A DNA stretch of 63,637 bases, filler included, from Globobulimina sp. (taxonomy: Eukaryota), in NCBI GenBank assembly GCA_003354225.1. It is 26 parts of 26 records of this genome, joined end to end, with 100 filler letters (N's around TTAATTAATTAA, not from the genome) between each part and the next. Parts side by side here need not be neighbours in the genome. Positions count along the whole stretch, not along the records: positions 36,783 to 39,133 come from PIVH01007214.1; positions 39,234 to 41,584 come from PIVH01007215.1; positions 41,685 to 44,035 come from PIVH01007216.1; positions 44,136 to 46,486 come from PIVH01007217.1; positions 46,587 to 48,937 come from PIVH01007218.1; 21 more parts are not named here. One strand, 5' to 3'. A program made the position numbers and the translations under genes. The notes below the pieces were generated by a model. The model saw only the letters and a list, made by a program, of their open reading frames with translations. It was not told where the DNA came from and searched no databases. Below, in pieces: positions 37,587 to 49,037 of this stretch. Each line of letters opens with the position of its first letter. The first letter of the stretch is position 1.

Positions 37587-39118
37587 TCATGTATAAAGAT
37601 GTCTAGCACGGTCAACAACAAACGATCTACACCATTTTGATGACATTACGATACAAAATGCAATAAATTGAAACGAAGCAACAATAAATGTGAACCACAT
37701 CCATCCCAATGTCTGCCTCATTTGTGTAATAGCCAACGCACTAAATATTGAGGAAGGAATCTGATTCATTAGCAATAAAGAATAATAATAATTGATTTTA
37801 TGAGTTCCATACAGTTCACCAACTTGTTTAATCATAATATTATAAATACCAATTTGAAAAAAAAATATCCCACCAAGCCATATCGCAGAACATATTTTTA
37901 ATAAAATCTCAGAGGATTTCATAAATATCAAAAAGGACCAGGTTACCAGTAATATAAAATCTGACATCGTCATAATTCCCATTGTCACAACATATGATTT
38001 TTTATCATTGCAATATCCCCAAAATATCCTCCCCAAAGAATAGTAAATGCTGAAAAAGATCCTACAAAACTTATAAAAGTAATACAGGAATAAAATAATT
38101 ATTGCGACAATATTCAGAAACACACAGTATCTCATTCTAGTTTGTCACAATAATTTATTCCAAATCTGTACCTTAAAAAAAAATCATCCTCGATTTCTAA
38201 CTGTTGATTTGTGAATGTTTTCCACGTGGTACTAAATATTGTATTTGTCATTTGCGAAAAAAATAATGTAAACCATAAGCTTAGAAATATTCCTTCTTTT
38301 AAGACCAATAAATCAAACTTTTCCAAATATTTATCAATTCCACAACAATCAAAACATTTCTTCGCTCGACCGCGAGCTCTGATATCTATGTCCAACAGAT
38401 TACTTTTCTCATTTTCTACGCCTATTTTTTTATTATTTGCGCCATGGTCATCAATAACTTTCATATCATTAATACAATCAATGTCTAATCCGTCAATATT
38501 TTGTGTCATATTGCCAGGGGCTTCGCTAATAAACAATAGAGCCACTAACTGCATTGAAAAACAAATTGCGGCTATTTTCCAAAATGCAGACGGAACATTA
38601 TCTAAAACTTGAGGTTTGTGCAAGAAACCTGTTTCTGAATCTATATGAATAGTTATTTGGACGTACATTAGTTATGAAAAAGTAAACAAAATCTATACTG
38701 TACCTAATTTGATGTTATCCGGGTTAATAATCGCAGTGTAAATAAAAGTGAATATAACTCCGGATAAGCCATAGCCAGATAATATGACACCACTTACCAA
38801 TGCTTGGTTGTTTGGAAACCATTTTGCGGCAATACCCAGCGGCAAAATATAGCTCATACCAATGCCAATTGAAGCCACCCCGCCATACAGTAATATCATT
38901 GCATCCAACGACGAAACAATAAAATATGACATACCAACGGCCGCAGACGCTATAATATCACCAATTAATATGGCAATTCTCCCACCAACACATTGTGATA
39001 ATTTTGCACCGCATACACTGCCAAACACAAAGAATATTGTTCTGGTAACATAGATCCAGGCACCTTGATCAGTATAATATTGATAATTTTCGGCAGTGTT
39101 TTTGTGTTTTGATGCCAT
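37587..39118 (-). CDS. MFS transporter, oxalate:formate antiporter-like (introns 38641-38703 and about 38062-38171)
   Basis: YGG..SIGIGMSY..PL..AAKWFP....LVSGVILSGYG, IINPDN and LGRIFWG...DK. Confidence 0.85.
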
Positions 39119-39233
39119 GTAACTTGCAATATANNNNNNNNNNNNNNNNNNNNNNNNNNNNNNNNNNNNNNNNNNNNTTAATTAATTAANNNNNNNNNNN
39201 NNNNNNNNNNNNNNNNNNNNNNNNNNNNNNNNN

Positions 39234-39446
39234 GCCGAAACAAGACGTAAACAGATGGAAGCTGGCACTTGGAAAATTAAAAAGTCAAAGTTGGAAAAAC
39301 ACCATGACAGGATAGTTGAAGCTCTTGAAGCTGGGGTTTATAAAAAGGTTTTAGCTAAAGAATTGAATGTTGATAGAAAGACACTTTATGATTATCTTGA
39401 AAAGCATGGTTTGAAAGATAAGCCAAAAAAACGTGTACCTAAATAG
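39234..39446 (+). CDS. Bacterial serine recombinase/resolvase-type C-terminal HTH (5' partial)
   Basis: SKL...IVEALEAGVYKKVLAKELNVDRKTLYDYL, a Hin/resolvase-like HTH. Confidence 0.65.
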   Translation, partial: AETRRKQMEAGTWKIKKSKLEKHHDRIVEALEAGVYKKVLAKELNVDRKTLYDYLEKHGLKDKPKKRVPK

Positions 39447-39552
39447 GGGCTTCAATAAGTCACAGAAGTGTATTGTGTGACATAGGGCAGTCAAAATTTC
39501 GGCACTGTGAAAGTGATAATCAAAATAAAATTCAACAAAAAAGAAGTAATTG

Positions 39553-40431
39553 ATGAAAATTAGAGAAGCCGGAATAACAAAGCTGTCAGAAATGATTTGC
39601 GGTGATCCGCCATTTCAATACTTTCCATATAGAAGCTCTTATTATTTAACTCGTTTTTTTGTAGATCTAGACTTAGATTATACTCATGACGGTTCAACCA
39701 GAAGAGTTTGGGTTAAAGATGTTCTTGATGAACTCAATCACCTCCAATCTTCTGAAAATTTGCCTTCTTATGAAATGATCAAAGTCATTGAATATCTATT
39801 GCATCCAGACCACTTTCTATTTAATCAGCAAACCAATCGTGAAAAAGCATTGGAAGCGTCTATTGCATTATTAAAAACAAATGACTTAGCAATAGCGGTT
39901 CAAGCAAATGGCACTGTCAAGCTACATCCGGTAAATAGTGAGTTCATTTCAACTGCATTTGATGAAATACCAAAGTCGAGAGTAATTACCTTTAAGCCAG
40001 AGTTATTTGAATTACCTTCAAAACCAGTAAATGAAAAATTAATATCAGTGATGATGCCTTTCAATAGTAATTTTAATGACACTTATTCAGCCGTCAATAG
40101 AGTTACTGATTATATGGATTTAGAGTGTTTACGTGCCGATGATATTTGGGACAACTCAACATTTATCCAAGATATTTTTGATTTAATATTTTGCTCGAAA
40201 GTCGTAATTGTTGATTTTACTGGCAGAAATCCAAACGTCATGTATGAAACAGGGATAGCACATACTCTTGGAAAAATAGTAATTCCAATTACTCAATCAG
40301 TAGATGATATACCTTCAGATTTGGGGCATGTTAGGGCATTAAAATACCTACCAAATAAAGAAGGTTTAAAGGTTTTAAGTACTGAGCTTTGGAAAAGATT
40401 AAAAATTATTTACGGTATAAGCAACTTATAG
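39553..40431 (+). CDS. Bacterial protein with an AbiJ-like N-terminal domain and a nucleoside 2-deoxyribosyltransferase (NDT)-like C-terminal domain
   Basis: C-terminal part: VMMPF...RADD...IVDFTGRNPNVMYETGIAH.LGK...IPSDL. N-terminal part: ICG..FPYRSS.YLTRFF..LDYTHDGSTR..WV. Confidence 0.75.
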   Translation: MKIREAGITKLSEMICGDPPFQYFPYRSSYYLTRFFVDLDLDYTHDGSTRRVWVKDVLDELNHLQSSENLPSYEMIKVIEYLLHPDHFLFNQQTNREKALEASIALLKTNDLAIAVQANGTVKLHPVNSEFISTAFDEIPKSRVITFKPELFELPSKPVNEKLISVMMPFNSNFNDTYSAVNRVTDYMDLECLRADDIWDNSTFIQDIFDLIFCSKVVIVDFTGRNPNVMYETGIAHTLGKIVIPITQSVDDIPSDLGHVRALKYLPNKEGLKVLSTELWKRLKIIYGISNL

Positions 40432-40441
40432 GTAATTAGAA

Positions 40442-40720
40442 ATGGATGATGAAATGGTTAAGAAATTAGCAGAAATCGCTAAAGAATTTCTTGAGCCGAT
40501 GGACATACAAGATCTTATTAATGATGGTCTTATTAGCCAAATAGGTAAATCTTTCTATCTTACTTCTACTTTCGATGAATTACCGAAAGGAGTTATAAGA
40601 AAGATGACTATTATTAATCAAAGTAAGAATGGGGTGAGAGTAAAATTTCTGAAACTAAAAAAATCTGATATTGCCAGATTTGAAGATATTATTGAAAGAG
40701 CAGAGGGATTCTATGATTAA
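40442..40720 (+). CDS. Bacterial hypothetical protein, 92 aa
   Basis: Starts 10 bp after the previous stop. Its stop overlaps the next ATG. Confidence 0.7.
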   Translation: MDDEMVKKLAEIAKEFLEPMDIQDLINDGLISQIGKSFYLTSTFDELPKGVIRKMTIINQSKNGVRVKFLKLKKSDIARFEDIIERAEGFYD

Positions 40721-41351
40721 TGAGACAATTGAAGATAATATAGAAGCTTATAAGCAAAATAAATATGATAAGGAAGCATTCATTGGAGATGATAAAAGAT
40801 CTATTGAAATTATATCTACAAAAATTTTCAACTCTATCCCAAAATACCTCCCTTTTGCTCTAGTAGCATTAGCTATTCATAATTGGGAAATAGCCCTCAC
40901 AATACTATATAGTGATCTCGAATATAGTGAAAATCTCATAAAAGCAATTAATGAGATACACTTTAATTTTTTTAATGATGCCTTTAAGATAATTATTTCT
41001 ACATATTTACTTTTACTCTTTTCGCCTTGGTTTAGTAATATTCTTAAGGCATCAGCAAAATTAGCTGAAAGCTCAGTTACAAACATACATCTGGAACTTA
41101 TTTTGAAAGGGGAATTATTGAAACATAATATTAATACTTTTGATGAATTAGTATTTGAAGCTAAAGAATACAAGGAGGGCAGTAAAAGGCTTGAAGAGTT
41201 AAATAGAAACTTAATTGAACAACATGGTGAGATGATGCAAATGTTGGAGAAAGCAGAGGCAGATTATAAAGAACTTTTCCAACAAGTGCCAGATGTACAA
41301 TTTGAAAATATTTCAAAAGCGCCTCCACCAAGCCATCTCAAAACAGATTGA
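40713..41351 (+). CDS. Bacterial membrane protein with two TM helices and a C-terminal coiled coil
   Basis: ATG at 40713 in an ATGATTAA overlap with GAGGG upstream. Two hydrophobic segments, then a heptad-rich tail. Confidence 0.7.
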   Translation: MINETIEDNIEAYKQNKYDKEAFIGDDKRSIEIISTKIFNSIPKYLPFALVALAIHNWEIALTILYSDLEYSENLIKAINEIHFNFFNDAFKIIISTYLLLLFSPWFSNILKASAKLAESSVTNIHLELILKGELLKHNINTFDELVFEAKEYKEGSKRLEELNRNLIEQHGEMMQMLEKAEADYKELFQQVPDVQFENISKAPPPSHLKTD

Positions 41352-41497
41352 AAACCATCAACTACGCCCCTTTCAACCTCTTCCCCAATTAACCCCAATT
41401 CCCAATCGGGCAAGCAAAGTTAAGGTTATTAGGCTCATTTACAGTATTAACCTTCGCCATCACTAGGGAAGCCTAGCCCTCAAGAACCTACATTCTA

Positions 41498-41526
41498 TTG
41501 ACACACCTCTACATCCCTTGTAAGCT
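41498..41526 (+). promoter_or_regulatory. Sigma-70-type promoter
   Basis: TTGACA, 17 bp, TAAGCT, upstream of AGGGA and an ATG near 41558. Confidence 0.55.
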
Positions 41527-41684
41527 GTACCTATACAGTAATAAATCAGGGATTTCAGATGATACCATTCAAAATCAAAGCCACNNNNNNNNNNNNNNNN
41601 NNNNNNNNNNNNNNNNNNNNNNNNNNNNTTAATTAATTAANNNNNNNNNNNNNNNNNNNNNNNNNNNNNNNNNNNNNNNNNNNN

Positions 41685-41855
41685 GAAAGGGAAAAAACTT
41701 TCCATTGCGCCAATAGATCCATGGTCGAAGACAGCAAAACCACCATTTAATTGTGGTGAGCAAAATTGCGATTTCTCATTAGTACGCATTGGATATATTG
41801 ATGGCTGTTGATGGAATCTATTTTGATTCATGAATGTGAATTGATTAAAACTCAT
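41685..41855 (-). CDS. N-terminus of a hypothetical eukaryotic protein (3' partial)
   Basis: ATG-initiated frame running off the contig. Confidence 0.35.
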
Positions 41856-42071
41856 TTACACATATAAACGTTAACGTAAATAAGCAAGTATTAGAGTATT
41901 TTACTGGTTTTTGTTGGTGTATGCGCTGCGATGGCTAGGTTGAGCGCACTGTTTTTAAAATATCGATTTGTTTACTCAGTGCTCCTTCTGCTTCGTCTTT
42001 TCTTTCCTAAAAAAAAAGAAATTGTTCAACAAAACATTTAAATTCATAACAACACCAAACAAAAAGCAACA

Positions 42072-44035
42072 TTAAGTTTTTTTATAGTCATAAATTTTAA
42101 TAGCAATATGCCATTCAAAATGTGTTTTTACATGTTTTAATTTTTCGCTATCAAACATAGTATATCCCAAATAATCAGATTGTTTAAACCATCTCCGCGG
42201 AACAGATGTTTTAAACGAAATTGATGGACAATACAAATCAACGCCGAACAATATTCTTTCTAAATTGCGGGACAAAGCATTTACTTTCATAAAAAAAGAA
42301 TGTTTGCCAGTTTTTGATGGCGCGCAGGAACATTGAAATATTGCATAACATTCCTCATCTCGCAATAAATAGTCCTCTTCCAACTCCTCTCCATTCTCAT
42401 CATATTCATATTGATTTATATTATAAATAAATTCTTGTTCACAATTTATCCATTCTCCATTTTTCATGGTCTTGAACCGAGTAAAATTATCGCCGCAAAT
42501 GTTCCATATATATTCCACGCAATACTTCAACGGATATGATTTTATATATTGATGTTTCAAATCATAATCACCCGCTAAATTCAGAACATATTTCTTTGTA
42601 AAAGAGTCTTGTTCGTCGTCGTTGTTCTTCTTCTCTTCGTTTATAAATGGCACAAAATATTTCTTCAATGTCGGTTCTAAATATTTTAACTGCGATTTAA
42701 TGATCCAAACATAATGCTGATTCAAATAAAAATACTCAAATAAATCCTGAATATATTCCGGTATATCATAGTTATAAGCAATTGCATTCGAAGCATGCTG
42801 CTGTGTTTTGATCCGCTTTTGTTTGGAGTCATAGCCATATTTATACTGGAAATTATTAATCATATTTAATAATATCTGTTGATACACTTTATTCTCTTTC
42901 AAAATGTCAACAAAAAACCTGCCATTGATAATACTTTGAAACAATGTCAAAGCACTTACAAATTTCTTATAAGATTTGTTCTGATAATATATATTTTGAA
43001 TGGCGAGGTCTGCGCCGAAGAATAATTTCTCATTTTCAGCTGGGAAATCGCTCATAATTTGCACATCGATAAAGAAGCACAACTCGCAATATCCTAACTC
43101 TATGATAATACCCTCGTTATCCATTTCATCCTCTTCGTCCTCTCCATCCTCTCCGCCATCGCTACTGCTGCTGCTATCATCGTAGGCCAATTGCAACACT
43201 TTCTTCTTTTTCTCATTGTTGGATGTATGGAAGTTTGCGAATAAAGACGCTTCTTTCAACGAAGTAGTGGTCGATAAAGGAAATCGAAAGCGAGCATGGA
43301 ACTGAGTGAACAAAAGTGTTTTATTGATGCCGTGATAGAAAATATCGCCAGGTTTCATAGCTTGTCCATAAAACCAACACACTTCCTTTAACAACGAGAA
43401 CCAATGTCCGATTTCAGAGTTCCTTTGATTCAAAGACTGGCGAGACTCTTTTTTATGCGTCGGACGACATTGCTGCTTAAATTTCCTTTGCAATGAATCA
43501 AAATTGCAATAAAATAGTACAACCATGATATGCGATAACGAGATGGGCATTTTATAGGGGATTGAATAATGATTGTTGGTGCCACCTCTATTGATCGCAA
43601 ATAGTGATTGACCTTTGTACGACATTTTGATTTGGATGGCTTTAAATAATGTGTCATTCCATTGGAACTCTGACACAGTAAACACGCGATTCAGCAACAT
43701 TTCTTGCCGCAAACTCTTGTATTTGGGCACACAAAATACTTTCTTATGACTGAAATGATCCCAATATTTGAAAGTCGCACCAAACGAATACTCATTTAAT
43801 TCGGTGTTGTTATGTGTTGCCGACAGCGAATTGTTCATTTCTGGAGGAGCACAATCATTAATATTATGATTTTCTGCATCTTTGTTTTTATCTGTTGGGT
43901 TAATATATATTTGTTAGAAATGGCACAATTAAACATAACAAAACTCTCTTTTTTTTCTTCTTCAATTTGAGTCACAAATTTGGTGTTATTGGCTAAGTTT
44001 ATTTGACATTTTTGCAGTCCCTTTTGTCGTTTTAT
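42072..44035 (-). CDS. Paralogue of the putative ART-like family, with a C-terminal MATH-like beta domain (5' partial; intron 43892-43944)
   Basis: KFVT, YSFG.TFKYW, PKY.SLRQEML.N, FYHGIN, PLSTTTS and SDFPAENEKL. The C-terminal domain runs EYIWNI...FEWHIAIKI. Confidence 0.75.
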
Positions 44036-44135
44036 NNNNNNNNNNNNNNNNNNNNNNNNNNNNNNNNNNNNNNNNNNNNTTAATTAATTAANNNNNNNNN
44101 NNNNNNNNNNNNNNNNNNNNNNNNNNNNNNNNNNN

Positions 44136-44254
44136 TATGATGCAGATTCATGCGGTGTTATTGTAAGGAATGTATTTGAAAACGAAGAGGATGTTGTTGG
44201 TCAAAGCTATTATGCTGAATTGACACAAATTTGTGAAAAATATCATAAACCATA
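44136..44254 (+). repeat. 119-bp exact direct terminal repeat (second copy 46368-46486); the contig closes into a 2232-bp circle
   Basis: tatgatgcagattc...cataaaccata is identical at both contig ends. Confidence 0.95.
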
Positions 44255-45795
44255 ATCCTCTTCAACTGAATATTCACAGTTCTCTAAAATTAAAATGATA
44301 TCTTGCAAAACTTTAACATGATAATTATTTCCATACTTTGTTTCATAAATTTTGAATGCTCTCTCGATAGAATCAGTCGCTGTGTCTGTCAAATCCATAT
44401 CAAATCTCTGCAATGTATTCTTTACTTTTTTGGCAATGTCAGCTGGCTTATTTCTTATAGTTATGCAATATTAAAATAATATGAAAGTTGTATGTGTTAA
44501 TTGCACAAATACGTACCTCAATAATTTACAATATTTCTTATGTGTTTTCCAGCCATTCCGTTGGCAGCCTTTACAGCAATAATATAAAACTTTGCAGCCA
44601 CTGCATCTCTGCGTGGTCAAATTGCAACAAATATCACATTTACACCTTTCTAATTGTTCTATGCTTCGCAATCTGCGTTTTTCTCGGATAACATGTATCT
44701 GTTCATCATAAATATTTGAATAGCCATCAAAATGAACAACAATCAAATTATTTCTTTTGTCAATCACTGTGCATGAAAACCATTCATTTTTTTCATTAAC
44801 ACCACTGACCACAGACTGTATATTACAAATATATAAATAAAATAAAATATTCTTTGACAAAAGATACGTTTTATACCTTTCCCATATTGTTTACTTCTAA
44901 TTTGTCGCCAATCACATATATAAATTAGCAATTTCTTTGCTTTTTTGTTTGGATTCTTCCGCTAAACAAACACTCCATTTTTTAGCCTGATCATGGTCCA
45001 AAAAGTTATTTGAAATTTTTCCATTTTCAAATTAAATATATCAGAAAGACCAACCTTAATACTGCTGACTGCAAATCTATCATCTTTCAATAAGAACGCT
45101 CTCAAACTTCCCAATTTTGTTTGAAAACTCTGTGTCCAATGAATTCCATTGTTTCTTTTTTTAAATTCTTTGTGCAATGCAGCTTTGCTCAATGTATTAT
45201 TATTATTTAATATGGAAAGAATAACCTTTGTGGCGAACACCATATTTCGTTCATGCTCAGGTTCTGTTTTAAAATATAAATTATTCCCACTTAAAATAAA
45301 AGGATCAGTGGGATCCTCATCAACAATTCGTGCCGGCGCCTTTGTGGCGAACACCATATTTTGTGCATGTTCAGGTTCTGCTATCTTTTGTACATTATCA
45401 TGATGGTGATGGTGATGGTGATTTATATCTTTCTCTTCGAATTCCTGCGTTTCTGATAAACCTGAACCCAAATCACGTAATCGCTTCTTATGTTTAACTA
45501 CATGCATTTTCTGATCATATTTGGAGGACAAACCTTCGAAATGAACCACAATCCAATTATTCTCCTTAGCTATTACCGTGGCAGGGATCCATTGACGCGT
45601 TTGGCTGTCTTGCACTTCTAACCAGTCGTCAATACCATAGTGATTATCCACAACTTCATTTTTATGTGGTTTCTGTTGTATTGTCGACGCCTTTGTAAAG
45701 CTGCTAAAGCATGCTATACAATTCAGTACGTTGGATTTATTAATAAGTGAGCACTGACAGCGCCAAGATGTTTCACTCGAATCACAGTTTGTCAT
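44243..45795 (-). CDS. Multidomain protein: RanBP2-like Zn finger, two MBT/Agenet (Royal family)-like domains, a LOTUS-like HTH and a MYND finger (introns 44987-45054, 44816-44876, 44454-44516)
   Basis: WRCQCSLIN......CIAC; LEV.D....W.PATV......IVVHF.G..SKYD twice; CDIC......CSGC....YC...CQ...W..HKKYC. All three GT-AG introns keep the frame to TGA at 44243. Confidence 0.8.
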
Positions 45796-45839
45796 TTTGT
45801 TCTAGTACACTTTTTGCAGTCAAAAATAAAAAGTCAAAA

Positions 45840-46486
45840 ATGGGTCAGACCCCTTCAAAAAAAATCCCTAATGGCACGCAAAACCAGAAAGTCACGCAAA
45901 ACCAGAAAATCAAGTCTTTGGCAGATATTCAAAAAGAAAGGGAAGAAAGATTTTTAATGGATGCGCCAACTGCCTTAATAGTGAACAAAAAATGGACATT
46001 TAAGCATCATAATGTATTGACAGAAGCATTGCAAGTTTATCAATTAAATAATGATTTTGTGGACATTATCCAACAATACATTGGAACGCAAAAATTAAGC
46101 TCAATCACGTATGATGTGGACGAAATGTATATAATATTAAATTGAGTGAGAAAGATGATTTCAAAGTGTTTGTGAGTGGATCATGAGGATGCGGCAAGAC
46201 ATTAAAAATCTCTCTTCCCTTTCTTTTTGAATATCTGCCAAAGACTTGATTTTCTGGTTTTGCGTGCCATTAGGGATTTTTTTTGTACATCAAATATAAT
46301 TTTCGAAACACGATCACGCAAAGAATCGGATGTAATATTACACCTATTTATTAATGGCAATATTGCGTATGATGCAGATTCATGCGGTGTTATTGTAAGG
46401 AATGTATTTGAAAACGAAGAGGATGTTGTTGGTCAAAGCTATTATGCTGAATTGACACAAATTTGTGAAAAATATCATAAACCATA
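45840..46486 (+). pseudogene. Disrupted gene with an N-myristoylation-like start and a remnant small-GTPase-like P-loop
   Basis: Starts MGQTPSKK. In a shifted frame it reads KVFVSGS*GCGKT with TGA at 46184-46186, and a further frame change follows. Confidence 0.45.
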
Positions 46487-48094
46487 NNNNNNNNNNNNNN
46501 NNNNNNNNNNNNNNNNNNNNNNNNNNNNNNTTAATTAATTAANNNNNNNNNNNNNNNNNNNNNNNNNNNNNNNNNNNNNNNNNNNNACTAAACGCACAAT
46601 ACGCACTGCCCGCAAAACAGGCAAAGTAGACACTATCCGCACATTTAAATAAATACGGCGGACGTATGGCACCTTCATCAGCATCAAACATCGGATTACA
46701 TTCACAGTCACACGCGTATTTAAGACATAATGCAGTAACATCGCATCGTTCAATCGACACAACAGAAACATGTACAACCAAAAGATGTGCGATTATTTAA
46801 AGAATTTACAACGCAAAACACACCAAAAATAGAATTGATAGCAGGTACAAAGGTTCTGTTACAATTATCGGTGGTGATTTTAATGGGATGCATGATATTG
46901 ACAATACACAATGTGCTTGCTTTGGATTTGCTGCTTCTAATACTTTAATATAATGATTCGGAAATATTATCTGTCCATTATGTGGTGGTTTGACATAAAT
47001 CCAATCCGGAATATTTATGGTACCACTTTTGTATCCATAAAATGCAGTGTTTCCAAGAATGTAATTTAATTTTCATAATAATTCATGTGGAGAACGGAAG
47101 AAAAATTTAAATTGTTGTTGATGATCATCACTTGCTATTTGACGGAATGTTGGATATGTTCTTAAGAGGTGGTGCTCCGACTGATCATAATGCTGTTATT
47201 GCCACCATGCGTTATCATAATACTAACAATGAAATCCAATGCAATTATAATGTTTCCTATTCCATTTAATAATTTACAAAAACAAAAAAAAACTCTTTCT
47301 TTTCTGCAGCTACAGTATTTTAATGCTTTCGTCCTTTAATTAGTCTCTGATTTAATTGGTACAATACCGCCACCAAAACAATCCAATCCATAGCAGTTAC
47401 GTACAATCACACAAATTAAACAGGCGTGTTGCAACTGAAAAATATGGGCTCTCGAAATTGTAAATGATTGATATTGTGGTTGTTTGTGGTTCGCTAAACC
47501 GTCGAAAGATTCCCATCAAATTAAATATTGTATATGTACGACATCGATCTGTGCCGTCAGGCCATGCAAATTAAAGCGGCGCTCATTCCCGAGGCCAAAT
47601 AATCCGTCGTATCAACTTAACATATTCCCGCAGCTCATACGCGATTTGCCCGTACAAACTGGCGTGAATATGGTGGAATTATTGGCTTTGAATTTATCCA
47701 CAATGTTCCACTCCATATTACGCAGCGCATACAACACATCCAAGTCCGAGGCGCCATCATCTAACGGCACGTTACGTTTATATTCGTACGAAGTCCTCAC
47801 TCCACTCGAAGGCAAAGAGGAGCCATCATTAATAATTTGGAAAACTAAATAATTATTCTCTCACTTTTTAATTTAAATTTTCTTTTTTTTATCATATTTT
47901 TCTATTCGCCTTCGCATTTTCATTTGTTTTTGATTTTGGTGATTGTGAAATATTCCTACTTCTTTGAGCTGTATTTTTGTTAAAATAATTTTTGTTTGAA
48001 TTTTCTTAATTTTTTTGTCTAATTTAATATTACAAATAAACTCTTAATAACAATCACAAAACATTACAATAAAAAGGTGTCATACTTATATTAA

Positions 48095-48937
48095 TTATTT
48101 ATACGAAGGTGCATTATATCGAGAATTATTGTTCTCCGAAGCAAGAATAGCACCATATGTTGGCCCATATTCTTGTTTTTCATTAAATTTTTCAACCATC
48201 ACATTTGCTCTCTCATTTTGTGGTATTTTCGTATTTTTAGTGACATCAACATTTGCAGCTATTAATGCGCTGTTTTGTGTTGAAGGTAAAGCTAACGGAT
48301 TATAGGCAATATGTTGTTTGTTTAAACGAGGAGCCATTCCAAACTCATCCGTTTCAATTAATTCTTCCAATTCATTCTCTTTCTGCGACAATGCCTTCTC
48401 TTTCCACCGCGTCTTATTCCAACAAAAATAAACAACCATTCCAACCAACAAAATAAGTACAATTAACCCTGCAACCAACCACCATAAAATCGGTTCCATT
48501 TCTCGCTCAAACCACGATAACGGACTTCCGGGCTGCAACTGTTGAATAAATAAAGTATATTGAAACGGGAATACAATCTCGCATTTCTGCTCCAAATTAT
48601 ATGAATAATCAGAAGAACAATTCAATAAATTTAATCTAAAAATTGCATCAGATTCGCAATTCACAATGGAAGAAAATGTTGGTTTTATATAAAAAGTGAT
48701 CCGTTTATTGCTAATACTGCCATCCGCATCGAATTCTATTCTCCCTCTTCTTGGCGTTATTAACATTGCCTGTTTTGTACCAATCAAAAATTATATAATT
48801 TATATCGATAAAATATGTAACGACACACCAACCATTTCCTCACTATCATCATCTTCCGAGATACTGCAATTTGAAACATTTTTAGTTCCAAGATATTCAA
48901 ATTGGTAATCAGCACTGGTATAAAATGGAGGAACATA
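48095..48937 (-). CDS. Type I membrane protein, C-terminal part
   Basis: Single TM helix ILWWLVAGLIVLILLVGMVVYFCW, a basic stop-transfer, and a cytoplasmic tail of about 105 aa. Confidence 0.7.
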
Positions 48938-49037
48938 NNNNNNNNNNNNNNNNNNNNNNNNNNNNNNNNNNNNNNNNNNNNTTAATTAATTAANNNNNNN
49001 NNNNNNNNNNNNNNNNNNNNNNNNNNNNNNNNNNNNN

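Noticed and set aside
41525-41538. LexA/SOS box overlapping the promoter (CTGTacctatACAG)
   Set aside because: The spacing is 2 bp shorter than CTGT-N8-ACAG. It may be another operator, but that is unsupported.
44136-46486. Small circular DNA virus or plasmid
   Set aside because: There are no Rep (HUH/SF3) or capsid motifs, and the content is spliceosomal-intron-bearing host-type genes.
46587-47860. Possible gene or LINE endonuclease remnant (IIGGDFN at 46864-46884) and short ORFs
   Set aside because: The motif is isolated, all frames have stops, and I could not build a consistent exon model.
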